From a virus, in the IMG/VR virus record IMGVR_UViG_3300046314_000558, positions 1 through 64,000 of that record: a stretch of 64,000 bases of DNA; one strand, given 5' to 3'. A model generated the notes under the pieces. The model saw only the letters and a program-made list of their open reading frames with translations, had not been told where the DNA came from and searched no databases. A program made the position numbers and the translations under genes. Positions 18,403 through 27,020 of this stretch are shown piece after piece (position 1 is the stretch's first letter; each line of letters begins with the position of its first letter).

Positions 18403-19395
18403 ATGTTCAATCAAAATATCCCTCGCATCGGCTTTGCTTGTAAAATTCAAACCGATCACGATACAGCACATCCTGACTTGAATACCAAGTCTACTACAAT
18501 CAGCTATCTTGCTCGTCAGACTGAAGACGCGGCACGATCAAAGCTGTGGGGTTTGCTTGACCATAACTTGAATGCGTTTTATCGTCAACTCAAGTGGGTT
18601 GCCAAGCAGCCCGTTGAAAAGCGTATGTTCAGAATCACGTCGGATTTATTGCCAGCATATACTCATGATGACTATATGCCGTTCTACTTTCAACCAGATG
18701 TAGTTGCCAAGATTGAAGCACACCTGAGTATGTGCGGTGACTTTGCCCGCGAGCACGATATTCGACTCAGCTTTCACCCCGGCCAGTTCTGCGTACTTGC
18801 CAGCGATAATCCTGGCATTGTTGAAAATTCCATTATGGAATTTGAGTACCATGCCGACCTGATTCGTTACATGGGCTACGGCAAAACATTCCAAGACTTC
18901 AAGTGCAATGTACACGTAGGCGGCAAGCAAGGCCCGGCAGGTATCAAAGCTGCCATGCGCAGGCTTAGCCCAGAAGCACGCAATTGCCTAACAATCGAAA
19001 ACGCCGAGTTTACATGGGGCATTGATGCCAGCCTAGAGCTGGTAGACACTTGTGCGCTAGTGCTTGACATTCACCACCACTGGATTAACTGTGGCGAGTA
19101 CATCGAACCAACTGACTCTCGCTTCAAGCGTTTGTGTGATAGTTGGCGTGGTGTACGTCCAGTTATTCATTACAGTGTTAGTCGTGAAGATGTGCTAGTT
19201 GACCTTGACCCTACTATTCGCCCTGACTTAGCTCTCTTGCTAGACTGCAACTTTACCAAAGCTAAACTTCGCGCTCACAGTGACTACTACTGGAATCAAT
19301 CATGTAATGATTGGGCCTTGACTTTTAGTCCACATGCAGATATAATGTGTGAATCAAAACAAAAGAACTTGGCACGAGATGCCTTACAGCAATAA
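18403..19395 (+). CDS. uvsE: UV-damage endonuclease
   Basis: RIGFAC, RLSFHPGQF, IEN, LDIHHH and AHSD motifs. Confidence 0.9.
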   Translation: MFNQNIPRIGFACKIQTDHDTAHPDLNTKSTTISYLARQTEDAARSKLWGLLDHNLNAFYRQLKWVAKQPVEKRMFRITSDLLPAYTHDDYMPFYFQPDVVAKIEAHLSMCGDFAREHDIRLSFHPGQFCVLASDNPGIVENSIMEFEYHADLIRYMGYGKTFQDFKCNVHVGGKQGPAGIKAAMRRLSPEARNCLTIENAEFTWGIDASLELVDTCALVLDIHHHWINCGEYIEPTDSRFKRLCDSWRGVRPVIHYSVSREDVLVDLDPTIRPDLALLLDCNFTKAKLRAHSDYYWNQSCNDWALTFSPHADIMCESKQKNLARDALQQ

Positions 19396-19399
19396 TATT

Positions 19400-19855
19400 A
19401 TGAACCCCAACAATCCAAACTTACGCGAATTTGCAGATGGCACTAAAAACAGCAGTATTTTTACCACCTCAGCCCCCTACGCAAGCCAGTACCAAGGCCA
19501 AGCTCCTCGCTGGTTATTTGTTTGCAGTGCTGGACTACTTCGCAGCCCTACTGGTGCTGCTCTTGCCATTCAACGTGGCATTAACGCTCGTAGTTGCGGC
19601 AGTAACTTTAACTATGCGCTGATTCCTTGTAGTGCCAACTTGATTAACTGGGCACAAAAGATTGTGTTTGTGAATGGTGAGAACTTGTGGCAGCTAGAGG
19701 ATAACTTCCTTGGTCACCGGGAACTGCTGGAACAGATCGAGCTGAAACAGATTGTGCTAAACATTCCAGACAACTTTGAGTACATGGAACCTCAATTGGT
19801 GCAACTGTTCCATGATGAACTGTTTGTACCATACGGTCCAGTTACTACCAAGTAA
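19400..19855 (+). CDS. LMW protein-tyrosine phosphatase-like protein
   Basis: LFVCSAGLLRS P-loop; LNIPD acid loop. Confidence 0.8.
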   Translation: MNPNNPNLREFADGTKNSSIFTTSAPYASQYQGQAPRWLFVCSAGLLRSPTGAALAIQRGINARSCGSNFNYALIPCSANLINWAQKIVFVNGENLWQLEDNFLGHRELLEQIELKQIVLNIPDNFEYMEPQLVQLFHDELFVPYGPVTTK

Positions 19856-19860
19856 TACTT

Positions 19861-19935
19861 CCGGCCTTAGTATAATGGATAATACAGCGGTCTTCTACAC
19901 CGTGAATATGGGTTCGATTCCTGTAGGCCGGACCA
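19861..19935 (+). tRNA. tRNA-Arg(UCU)
   Basis: Cloverleaf; encoded CCA. Confidence 0.9.
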
Positions 19936-20001
19936 AGATAAATATTGACTTGATTAATTGCCTGAATCAGATTATAATATAGTCTGATTTGGAGAATTAA
20001 T

Positions 20002-20346
20002 ATGAGTAATTATACACCAGACGTTTGGGTTGTCCTAGAGTTCGACCACCCAGACTTGGAAACACCCACACGCAAAGTTTTTGCAGGTTGGTACGGCGGA
20101 TTTGCTGGATCAAATTCATGGCAGCTTAATTCAGGAATTGAAGCCGTGCGTCGTAGTGGCGACTGGTTTGAGTTTGTGGGTTATTCAGGCAGTGTTTACC
20201 GCTGTGGCATGAGCAACTATCACATGAGTAGCCTTATGCAAGGCGTACTAGCCCTTTGGCTTAAACAAGCTGATCAGCGTGGTGATACCCAAATCCGTAT
20301 TTTGACACTTGATGAAGTTCTTGAAATGCCTTATAATATAGTCTGA
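20002..20346 (+). CDS. Conserved phage hypothetical protein
   Basis: YTPD.WV, GWYGG..GS.SWQLNSG pattern; own promoter and SD. Confidence 0.7.
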   Translation: MSNYTPDVWVVLEFDHPDLETPTRKVFAGWYGGFAGSNSWQLNSGIEAVRRSGDWFEFVGYSGSVYRCGMSNYHMSSLMQGVLALWLKQADQRGDTQIRILTLDEVLEMPYNIV

Positions 20347-20358
20347 TTTGGAGATAAT

Positions 20359-20559
20359 ATGGCAGGCTATTCACGCGACTTTTTAATTGATGCTTTCATG
20401 AGCCGTTATATTCACTGCACGAAACTTACTATCGAGCAGTTGGTACGGCTAGAACAAATGGCAAATGATCTTTATGATCGTGTAGGTCGCGACGGCTTTC
20501 GTAGTTATGCCAGCTTAGATGCTGATGCAATTCGAGCGTATAAAAATAGTGTTGACTGA
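20359..20559 (+). CDS. Hypothetical protein
   Basis: Promoter plus GGAG SD. Confidence 0.6.
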   Translation: MAGYSRDFLIDAFMSRYIHCTKLTIEQLVRLEQMANDLYDRVGRDGFRSYASLDADAIRAYKNSVD

Positions 20560-20594
20560 TCGCGGTCTTTACTGTATAATTTGTTCTTTAAAGG

Positions 20595-20882
20595 ATGATT
20601 ATGGCAACCAAGTTTACATACACAGAAACCGAAGTGCAGGAGATTGTACAAAAGTATCAAAGTGGTGTGGAACTTGCGGTGCTTGCCACAGACTATGACA
20701 AAAGCGTAGCAAGTGTACGTATGAAGTTGGTAAAGCTGGGTGTATACCAAAAAGCAACCACCACTTCATCAAGTACCAAGTCTGAGACAGCGGCAAAGTC
20801 AGGCGAATTTCCCAAAACTAAGTCAGGCGTACTAGCCTACTATAAAAGCTGCGTTGATGCAGTTGGTTATAGTGAATTTTAA
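20595..20882 (+). CDS. A2/D3-like HTH protein (paralog 5)
   Basis: YTETE..KYQSG..KSVASVRMKLVKLGVY motif. Confidence 0.65.
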   Translation: MIMATKFTYTETEVQEIVQKYQSGVELAVLATDYDKSVASVRMKLVKLGVYQKATTTSSSTKSETAAKSGEFPKTKSGVLAYYKSCVDAVGYSEF

Positions 20883-21104
20883 TGAGTCCCGCTTATGCTT
20901 ACCCAATACATCCCTAGTATCGGGTAGCAAACTTCGAGCGAGGCGGATGCAAGCTCCGTCACTAAAATAAGCGTGTCGCCGTTGTAGAGACAATGCTTGG
21001 ATATTCTAAGATACAACAGGACTGTCGTCCTGGTTCAAGACTGTATGTGGACACTTTAGGGAGTGTCTCCATATATTAACATATTTTATAGTGTGTTAAT
21101 ATAT

Positions 21105-21270
21105 GGATCGGTAGCTTAACATGGTTAAAGCACAAAGCCGGCATACCTCCCCTTCACTTAAACGCTCTCCTCTGCCGCAAGCACGAAGCAAACAGTGGCC
21201 TGAATTCGAATACATGGTTTCGGGAAGGTATAATTTTAGCAAGCAGGTTCGAGTCCTGCCCGATCCACCA
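21105..21270 (+). ncRNA. tRNA-ended stable RNA with about 110-nt insert replacing the anticodon arm
   Basis: Acceptor GGATCGG/CCGATCC-A-CCA; D-arm; T-arm GCAGG-TTCGAGT-CCTGC. Confidence 0.75.
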
Positions 21271-21410
21271 TAATTTAACACATTAGTGCGAACAATGGCT
21301 CCTATTGCAGCCTAAGTAGTTTAGTGTGTTAAATTATGGGTTTAAAATTTTACACTTGTGGTAAAATTGCTTTTTTGATATAATACATACTCTTTGAAAG
21401 AAACACAACC

Positions 21411-21551
21411 ATGCGAGTTTTTACCAAAATAGATGACAAACTAGCTGTGTGGCAGATTGAAGGTAGTGGCTATGCCGATGCCATTAAGCTGGTTCGCGAT
21501 GAACTTGGTGTTGGTCACAAAGCAGTTATCTTGGCCCTTGTAAAATATTGA
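21411..21551 (+). CDS. Hypothetical 46-aa protein
   Basis: Hand-translated ORF downstream of a promoter. Confidence 0.5.
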   Translation: MRVFTKIDDKLAVWQIEGSGYADAIKLVRDELGVGHKAVILALVKY

Positions 21552-21827
21552 CTTGATCTTACAGTTATTTTGCTGTATAATTAACACTTATTCAGAGATA
21601 GTTCCGACACTAACATAGGACTTCCTGATAGACCAGAACAATGCAAAATTGTGTTAGCCAATTAGTGGAACGCTGTTAGCGCAGTGGGTACATAGGGTAA
21701 AGCATGGCACTGGTTGGAACCTCAGATCAGCAGCTCTGAGCTATCAAAAAGCTACTAATTTTGGATCTTGCTTCCACCGACAGATCATGATATCGGGGAG
21801 ATTTCGCACTATTCTAAAAAGTGTTAT

Positions 21828-21906
21828 CCGAGTGTGGGAAAGTCTGGTTTAATCCGCCTGCTTTGGGAGCAGGAAATCGAAGGTTCGAATCCTTCCACTC
21901 GGACCA
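21828..21906 (+). tRNA. tRNA-Pro(UGG)
   Basis: Cloverleaf; CCA. Confidence 0.92.
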
Positions 21907-22105
21907 CCGTGACCATATTGTTGTAACTTTTGCTAGATTCCGGTTCAGTCTCGGAGCTTTATAGATGGAAGTGGTTGTACTTTCTAGATAAGTGCAGCCT
22001 ATAGTCTGAGCTTAGTATATAGCTAGAAGTAATTAATCTTTGTAAAACTAAGCCGATGCCTTAGCGGGCATGGTAGTAAACAGAAGTTACAACAATATGA
22101 ATTAT

Positions 22106-22189
22106 GCGTTGGTGGTGGAATGGTATACACGCTGGTCTTAGAAGCCAGTGCCGCAAGGATTGAGAGTTCGAGTCTCTCTCGACGCACCA
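22106..22189 (+). tRNA. tRNA-Leu(UAG)
   Basis: Cloverleaf; long variable arm; CCA. Confidence 0.92.
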
Positions 22190-22195
22190 CAATTT

Positions 22196-22273
22196 GGGGA
22201 ATGGGTCTGCTTGGGGTGGACACCTGCTTTGCACGCAGGACACAGATCGGTTCGAATCCGATATTCTCCACCA
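22196..22273 (+). tRNA. tRNA-Ala(UGC)
   Basis: Cloverleaf; G3:U70; CCA. Confidence 0.9.
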
Positions 22274-22289
22274 AATTTTAAAAATTATT

Positions 22290-22415
22290 ATGAAAACACG
22301 AAAACCTAGGAATCACGTAGCCTTAGCTTTGATGAAGCGTGGCGGCAGTGGTTCACATAAAAAATCGCACAAGCAATTGCGCGGAAAACTCAACCGAGAA
22401 GGTTGGGACGGCTAA
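22290..22415 (+). CDS. 41-aa very basic peptide
   Basis: MKTRKPRNHVALALMKRGGSGSHKKS...; fills the gap between two tRNAs. Confidence 0.5.
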   Translation: MKTRKPRNHVALALMKRGGSGSHKKSHKQLRGKLNREGWDG

Positions 22416-22416
22416 T

Positions 22417-22491
22417 GGACGTATAACTTAACGGCTAAAGTAGTGGGCTTTTAACCTACAAATCAGAGTTCGATTCTCTGTGCGTCTACCA
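22417..22491 (+). tRNA. tRNA-Lys(UUU)
   Basis: Cloverleaf; CCA. Confidence 0.9.
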
Positions 22492-22574
22492 TATAAAAAC
22501 ACATTCCCCTTGGTTAGGGCTGTCCGGACAGGGTGGTTCAATTCCGCTATAGTGTGTTTTTATATGGTATTTAT

Positions 22575-22666
22575 GGCTCCATAGTTTAATGGTAGAACAG
22601 CGGATTTATATCCCGTATGCAACAGATAATTGGTTAGTCTGGGTTCGAATCCCGGTGGAGCTACCA
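22575..22666 (+). tRNA. tRNA-Ile(UAU) with long variable arm
   Basis: Anticodon loop TT-TAT-AT; about 22-nt variable region; CCA. Confidence 0.75.
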
Positions 22667-22675
22667 AACAAATAT

Positions 22676-22763
22676 GGAATACTGGCCGACCGGTTAAGGC
22701 AACAGATTGCTAATCTGTCATTCAGCAATGGGTGAGTAGGTTCGATTCCTACGTATTCCGCCA
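22676..22763 (+). tRNA. tRNA-Ser(GCU)
   Basis: Cloverleaf; long variable arm; G73; CCA. Confidence 0.92.
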
Positions 22764-22768
22764 AATAT

Positions 22769-22843
22769 GCAGCAGGTAGTGTAATGGAAGCACCCGAGTC
22801 TGTGAAACTCGTAGACTGAGATCGAAACTCAACTGTCTGCCCA
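22769..22843 (+). tRNA. tRNA-His(GUG)
   Basis: Anticodon arm CGAGT-CTGTGAA-ACTCG; slightly irregular acceptor stem. Confidence 0.8.
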
Positions 22844-22844
22844 T

Positions 22845-22920
22845 GCCGATGTAGCTCAGGCGGTAGAGCAGCGGATTGAAAATCCGTGTGTCACTGGTTC
22901 GACCCCAGTCTTCGGCACCA
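22845..22920 (+). tRNA. tRNA-Phe(GAA)
   Basis: Cloverleaf; CCA. Confidence 0.92.
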
Positions 22921-22936
22921 CCTATAAACAAACAAT

Positions 22937-23011
22937 GCTCCCGTCGTCTACTGGCTAGGACGCTGCCCTTTCAAGGCGGAAAAGACGGATCGAAACCGTT
23001 CGGGAGTACCA
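22937..23011 (+). tRNA. tRNA-Glu(UUC)
   Basis: Cloverleaf; CCA. Confidence 0.9.
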
Positions 23012-23016
23012 ACTTC

Positions 23017-23092
23017 ATCCTATTCATCTAGAGGCCAAGGATAGCGGGTTTTCATCCCGTTCACATCGGTTCGAATCCGGTATAGGATGCCA
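23017..23092 (+). tRNA. tRNA-Glu(UUC), second divergent copy
   Basis: Cloverleaf; CCA. Confidence 0.88.
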
Positions 23093-23097
23093 AATTT

Positions 23098-23172
23098 ACT
23101 GGGGTAGCTCAGCGGCAGAGCACTCGCTTGATAAGCGATAGGTCGAGGTCTCGGAATCCTCCCTCAGTACCA
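23098..23172 (+). tRNA. tRNA-Ile(GAU)
   Basis: Cloverleaf with atypical T-loop; CCA. Confidence 0.85.
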
Positions 23173-23272
23173 GATAACTTCTCCCGAAGTTACAGTCTAG
23201 AACACTCGGACTTTAAAGGGTTGTGGGCGTGGGTGTAAGCCCCACATTTTACACAACACACAGGAGACAACA

Positions 23273-23506
23273 ATGTCCAATAAATCACCATTTGAAATTC
23301 GTCTTGAAATTCTCAAGATGACTGCTGAACTTATGCAAGCAGAGTACGAATCTAACGTAGAATTTGCACAAGAAGTCTTTGAAAGTATCAAAGATAAAAC
23401 TGCACTGACCACTGCACAACTAGACAAATTCATGCCAAAGCCTTTTGACTTTGAAGACATGGTAGCTAAAAGCAAGCAGTTCTACGAGTTCGTAAATGCT
23501 AAGTGA
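23273..23506 (+). CDS. Conserved phage hypothetical protein
   Basis: SPFEIRLEILKM...FYEFV; AGGAG SD. Confidence 0.7.
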   Translation: MSNKSPFEIRLEILKMTAELMQAEYESNVEFAQEVFESIKDKTALTTAQLDKFMPKPFDFEDMVAKSKQFYEFVNAK

Positions 23507-23655
23507 ACTAATGAAAAAGCTACAAGATGTGTTCCGACCATACACATTTGAAGACTTTATACAAGATCAGAACCCACAAACATGGTCTGAACTAAAAGAA
23601 TTAGAGCGTACTTGGTATCGTGCCAAAAACGACTTTAACAAAATGTTTTAAATAT

Positions 23656-23724
23656 CGCGGGAAATCAGGTGATAGGCTAGTCTCATAAGCTCGGCCCAGA
23701 GGTTCGAATCCTTACCCGCAACCA
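23656..23724 (+). tRNA. Initiator-like tRNA-Met(CAU) with truncated D-arm
   Basis: CGCGGG...CCCGCA-A-CCA with C1:A72 mismatch; CTCATAA loop; 69 nt. Confidence 0.7.
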
Positions 23725-24129
23725 AATTAGCCTTCCAGCACTTCTGCAGCCGCTTAGTGAACTGGTAAAGATGGCATTGGCTCGCCACCATATTCTTTGA
23801 CAATAGATACGATTGCTTATCTGAGGTAAAACTCGCCGGTGTATCCCGTCTATGTGTGGATATAAGCACCACGCTACATTGTCAACTGCAGGCTAGTAAT
23901 CACTGTGCACAACAACCTGCATCCGTTGAAGCGAAAACTAGATGGGCTGCTCTCACGGGGTTAAAGTTATCCTGACACAAAAATAACTATGTATCTGTTT
24001 ACTTAAGGCTAAAGACTATGCCCCCTTGTGGAACTGAAACAGCGTCAATGTCTTCAGTGACAACGAAATGTCACGCCGGAGAATGTAACCGGCAACTATT
24101 TATTCGGCCAGAGAAGTTCTCTGGCTTTT

Positions 24130-24204
24130 GGTTTTGTAGCACAGCGGTAGTGCACGGTCTTCATACGGCGTTGGTCGTGAGTTCAAATCCCACCAAAACC
24201 ACCA
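24130..24204 (+). tRNA. tRNA-Met/Ile2(CAU)
   Basis: Cloverleaf with irregular anticodon stem; CCA. Confidence 0.78.
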
Positions 24205-24219
24205 AACAAGGATTATAAA

Positions 24220-24402
24220 ATGAGCGATGGCGGAAAAGGCTCAAAGCGCAGACCTCAAGGCATACCAGATGATGTACTTGCAGAAGCCTGGGCACGTATC
24301 TTTGCTAAAAATCCAGATAACACTGGTTTAAGCAAATCAGAATATCCCGAATTGTTAAGCCACGAAAGTGGTTTAACAGAATCCCACGACCCTAGCCAGT
24401 AG
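24220..24402 (+). CDS. Small hypothetical protein
   Basis: MSDGGKGSKRRP...WARIF pattern; AGGA SD. Confidence 0.6.
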   Translation: MSDGGKGSKRRPQGIPDDVLAEAWARIFAKNPDNTGLSKSEYPELLSHESGLTESHDPSQ

Positions 24403-24435
24403 TCAGTCTGGTGTTAGAAAAGTGGGGCAACACAT

Positions 24436-24510
24436 ATGTCCCTAGTGTAATTGGCAGCACGTTAGTCTCCAAAACTATTAGTCACGGTTCGAGTCCGTGG
24501 GGGCGTGCCA
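24436..24510 (+). tRNA. tRNA-Trp(CCA)
   Basis: Cloverleaf; CCA. Confidence 0.88.
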
Positions 24511-24561
24511 AATTTTTGATTTGAATATATTTTCCCAATCGGGTATAATTATTCTTTAAAC

Positions 24562-24646
24562 GGAGATTCCGCCGCAATGGTGTGGCAGGGGATTGTAAAT
24601 CCTCCGACTTAGGTCATGACAGGTTCGATCCCTGTAGTCTCCACCA
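24562..24646 (+). tRNA. tRNA-Tyr(GUA)
   Basis: Cloverleaf; long variable arm; CCA. Confidence 0.92.
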
Positions 24647-24717
24647 ATTTTTGCAAACGGCTTTGACGCCTGGCGATAGCTGTTCAGGGGAAGTCTCAGT
24701 TGTTTGCTTTATATTAC

Positions 24718-24802
24718 GCCCCTATGGTGAAATCCTGGTAAACACAAGGCACTTAAAATGCCTCGCTTCGGCTTCCCGGTTCGAGTCCGGGTGGGGGTAC
24801 CA
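24718..24802 (+). tRNA. tRNA-Leu(UAA)
   Basis: Cloverleaf; CCA. Confidence 0.92.
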
Positions 24803-24811
24803 AAAACAAAT

Positions 24812-24891
24812 GGCTAATGGGACTGCTTGGTGTGGTCGCCGCACTGTCACTGCGGATATTCAGGTCGGTTCGATTCCGATATTGGTCGCCA
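24812..24891 (+). tRNA. tRNA-Asp(GUC)
   Basis: Cloverleaf; CCA. Confidence 0.9.
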
Positions 24892-24966
24892 TAAAAATAG
24901 GTGAAAAGGGTAGCTCCCCCGATACTGCCAACTCAGTATCTAGCCTAATATCTTAGTTGGAAGATT

Positions 24967-25596
24967 ATGCAGACATTAAAAGAAGCAATGCTGGAAGCGT
25001 TCCAGTATTTAGAAAATACTTATAACCCTAAATGGACTTCTGGTAAAGGTTCAAAAGAAAAACTTATAGACGCTTTCTCACAAAACGAGTTACCAAAGCA
25101 CAAATTTTTAGGGTTTGCTGGCTCAGACGGATTACGTCATGCTTTTGGTAGGGCTTTAACAGGCCATAATAAACCCAAAAGCACTAAGTGGGAAATATGG
25201 TTACTTAGAAACATAAACAAGTTTCAGTGCACTAAGTGCAACTTAGTGCATGCTTATAATCATAAATATGATACTAATGTTAATCTATGTAAAGACTGTA
25301 ACAGTATAAAGTGCTCCGATACTAGAGACTCTAAAAGACAATATGTATATGATGTACTGAGTTCAAGCTCTGGTTGTGTAGACTGTGGCGAAAAAGACCC
25401 AATTGTATTAGAATTTGACCATAGAGATCCAAGTACAAAATCCTCTAACATAGGCGATAGTTACGGTAAGTCAATAGAGTACCTAAAAGAAGAAATATTA
25501 AAATGTGATATAGTTTGTGCTAACTGTCACAGAAAACGAACAGCAAAAATGTTTAACTACTATAAGTACGTAAAACAGCTATCAAACCTGCCTTAG
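24967..25596 (+). CDS. HNH homing endonuclease
   Basis: CVDCGEKDPIVLEFDHRD...CANCHRKRT; AT-rich insert within the tRNA cluster. Confidence 0.85.
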   Translation: MQTLKEAMLEAFQYLENTYNPKWTSGKGSKEKLIDAFSQNELPKHKFLGFAGSDGLRHAFGRALTGHNKPKSTKWEIWLLRNINKFQCTKCNLVHAYNHKYDTNVNLCKDCNSIKCSDTRDSKRQYVYDVLSSSSGCVDCGEKDPIVLEFDHRDPSTKSSNIGDSYGKSIEYLKEEILKCDIVCANCHRKRTAKMFNYYKYVKQLSNLP

Positions 25597-25774
25597 GTCC
25601 GTGTCGTTCCGGTTAGAGCGTCCGTGACCCATCCGTTGGATACGATAAGTCCAAGCTGGAACCGTAACCAGCATATTTAATACTAGCGAGAATGCGCTAT
25701 AGTGTGTAGGTGGTATCCTTCTCTGCCACTGAAGCTCACTCGGGGATTGCGCACCGGGCGCTAGTATTAAATAT

Positions 25775-25853
25775 TCCGTAGAATCCGAGCTAGGTGCACG
25801 GACTTGACTGTTAATCAATGACTAGACTGGTTCGAATCCAGTATACGGAGCCA
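25775..25853 (+). tRNA. tRNA-Asn(GUU)
   Basis: Cloverleaf; CCA. Confidence 0.88.
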
Positions 25854-25859
25854 CATTGT

Positions 25860-25933
25860 TGGGGGTTAGTGAAATGGTATCACACGGGATTTTGATTCCC
25901 TTGTCACAGGTTCGATTCCTGTACCCTCTGCCA
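25860..25933 (+). tRNA. tRNA-Gln(UUG)
   Basis: Cloverleaf; CCA. Confidence 0.9.
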
Positions 25934-25935
25934 AC

Positions 25936-26012
25936 GGGTCTATAGCACAACTGGATAATGCACCGGTTTACGAAGCCGTGAAGTGAGAGTTCAAATCTTT
26001 CTAGACCCACCA
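25936..26012 (+). tRNA. tRNA-Arg(ACG)
   Basis: Cloverleaf; CCA. Confidence 0.9.
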
Positions 26013-26024
26013 ACAAAGACTACT

Positions 26025-26495
26025 ATGCGTCAATTTAACATCAACGAAGTAAAAGACTATATTCGTAATTCTAGTCCAGAAACTAAGATTTATCTTGGTG
26101 CGGATTCGGAGCGTGTTAAAATTGGCGACAAATGGTATGCAGACTATACCCTGGCTGTTGTAGTACACATTGACGGCAATCATGGTTGCAAGATTTTTGG
26201 TGATGTACAGCGCGAACGCGACTGGGATCAAAAAGCCAATAAGCCCTCAATGCGACTAATGCAAGAAGTCTACAAAGTCAGTGACCTGTTTCACGAATTG
26301 AGTGATGTGCTAGAAGATCGACACGTTGAAGTCCACTTGGACATTAATCCCAGTGAGCGATATAAGAGTTCAGCAGTTGTACAACAAGCTGTTGGATATA
26401 TAAAAGGCACCTGTAACATTGACGCACAAGTCAAACCCCGAGCTTTTGCAGCAAGCTATGCTGCTGATCGTTTAAAATTTGTACTGGCTAACTAA
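26025..26495 (+). CDS. RNase H-like YkuK/DUF458-family protein
   Basis: IYLGADS, EVHLDIN and AASYAADR motifs. Confidence 0.8.
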   Translation: MRQFNINEVKDYIRNSSPETKIYLGADSERVKIGDKWYADYTLAVVVHIDGNHGCKIFGDVQRERDWDQKANKPSMRLMQEVYKVSDLFHELSDVLEDRHVEVHLDINPSERYKSSAVVQQAVGYIKGTCNIDAQVKPRAFAASYAADRLKFVLAN

Positions 26496-26496
26496 A

Positions 26497-26700
26497 ATGA
26501 CTGACCGATTCGACCTAGAACAAAACATCATGCAATGCTGGAATGTTTGTGATGACATTCAGCTGTACTTAGACATGCACGACAACATGGACGAAGATCA
26601 GCGCATGAACTACTTGATTGGACTCAAGCAAATGTATCAGTTGAAATTTGAGCGTTGCTGGGGTACTTTTGAGACAGTAGTACGTACTCGTCAAATTTAA
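26497..26700 (+). CDS. Hypothetical protein
   Basis: DRFDLEQNIMQCW pattern; coupled to upstream gene. Confidence 0.65.
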   Translation: MTDRFDLEQNIMQCWNVCDDIQLYLDMHDNMDEDQRMNYLIGLKQMYQLKFERCWGTFETVVRTRQI

Positions 26701-26701
26701 T

Positions 26702-26778
26702 GTCGGTGTGTAGCCGAATGGCTAGGCCACGGATTGCAAATCCGTTTTATGCAGGTTCGAGTCCTGTCACCGACTCCA
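26702..26778 (+). tRNA. tRNA-Cys(GCA)
   Basis: Cloverleaf; U73; CCA. Confidence 0.92.
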
Positions 26779-26858
26779 GTTTAGCCAAATTCCCTGATGG
26801 TCAAAAATACGGGCTGCTCAAGGGCCAACGCCAAGAGCATAAGGTTACAGTTGGAAAA

Positions 26859-26932
26859 GCCCTTGTAGTATATTGGTATTACAGTTGCCTTGTAAGCATC
26901 AAAAGAAGGTTCGATTCCTTACTGGGGCACCA
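26859..26932 (+). tRNA. tRNA-Thr(UGU)
   Basis: Cloverleaf; CCA. Confidence 0.9.
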
Positions 26933-27020
26933 TATTTTAGCACTTTAGAAGCCCAACACCAGTGCACTGGTACGCGAAGTGTGGTTACGACGCTTGTCCG
27001 TTAGAGTGCTAAAATATGGT

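Noticed and set aside
22575-22666. Ochre-suppressor (UUA) reading of this tRNA, or a recoded genome
   Set aside because: The standard register after the D-stem gives TAT, and core genes end normally at TAA/TGA/TAG under code 11
23173-23250. Additional tRNA after tRNA-Ile(GAU)
   Set aside because: Only a partial hairpin, with no acceptor stem or CCA
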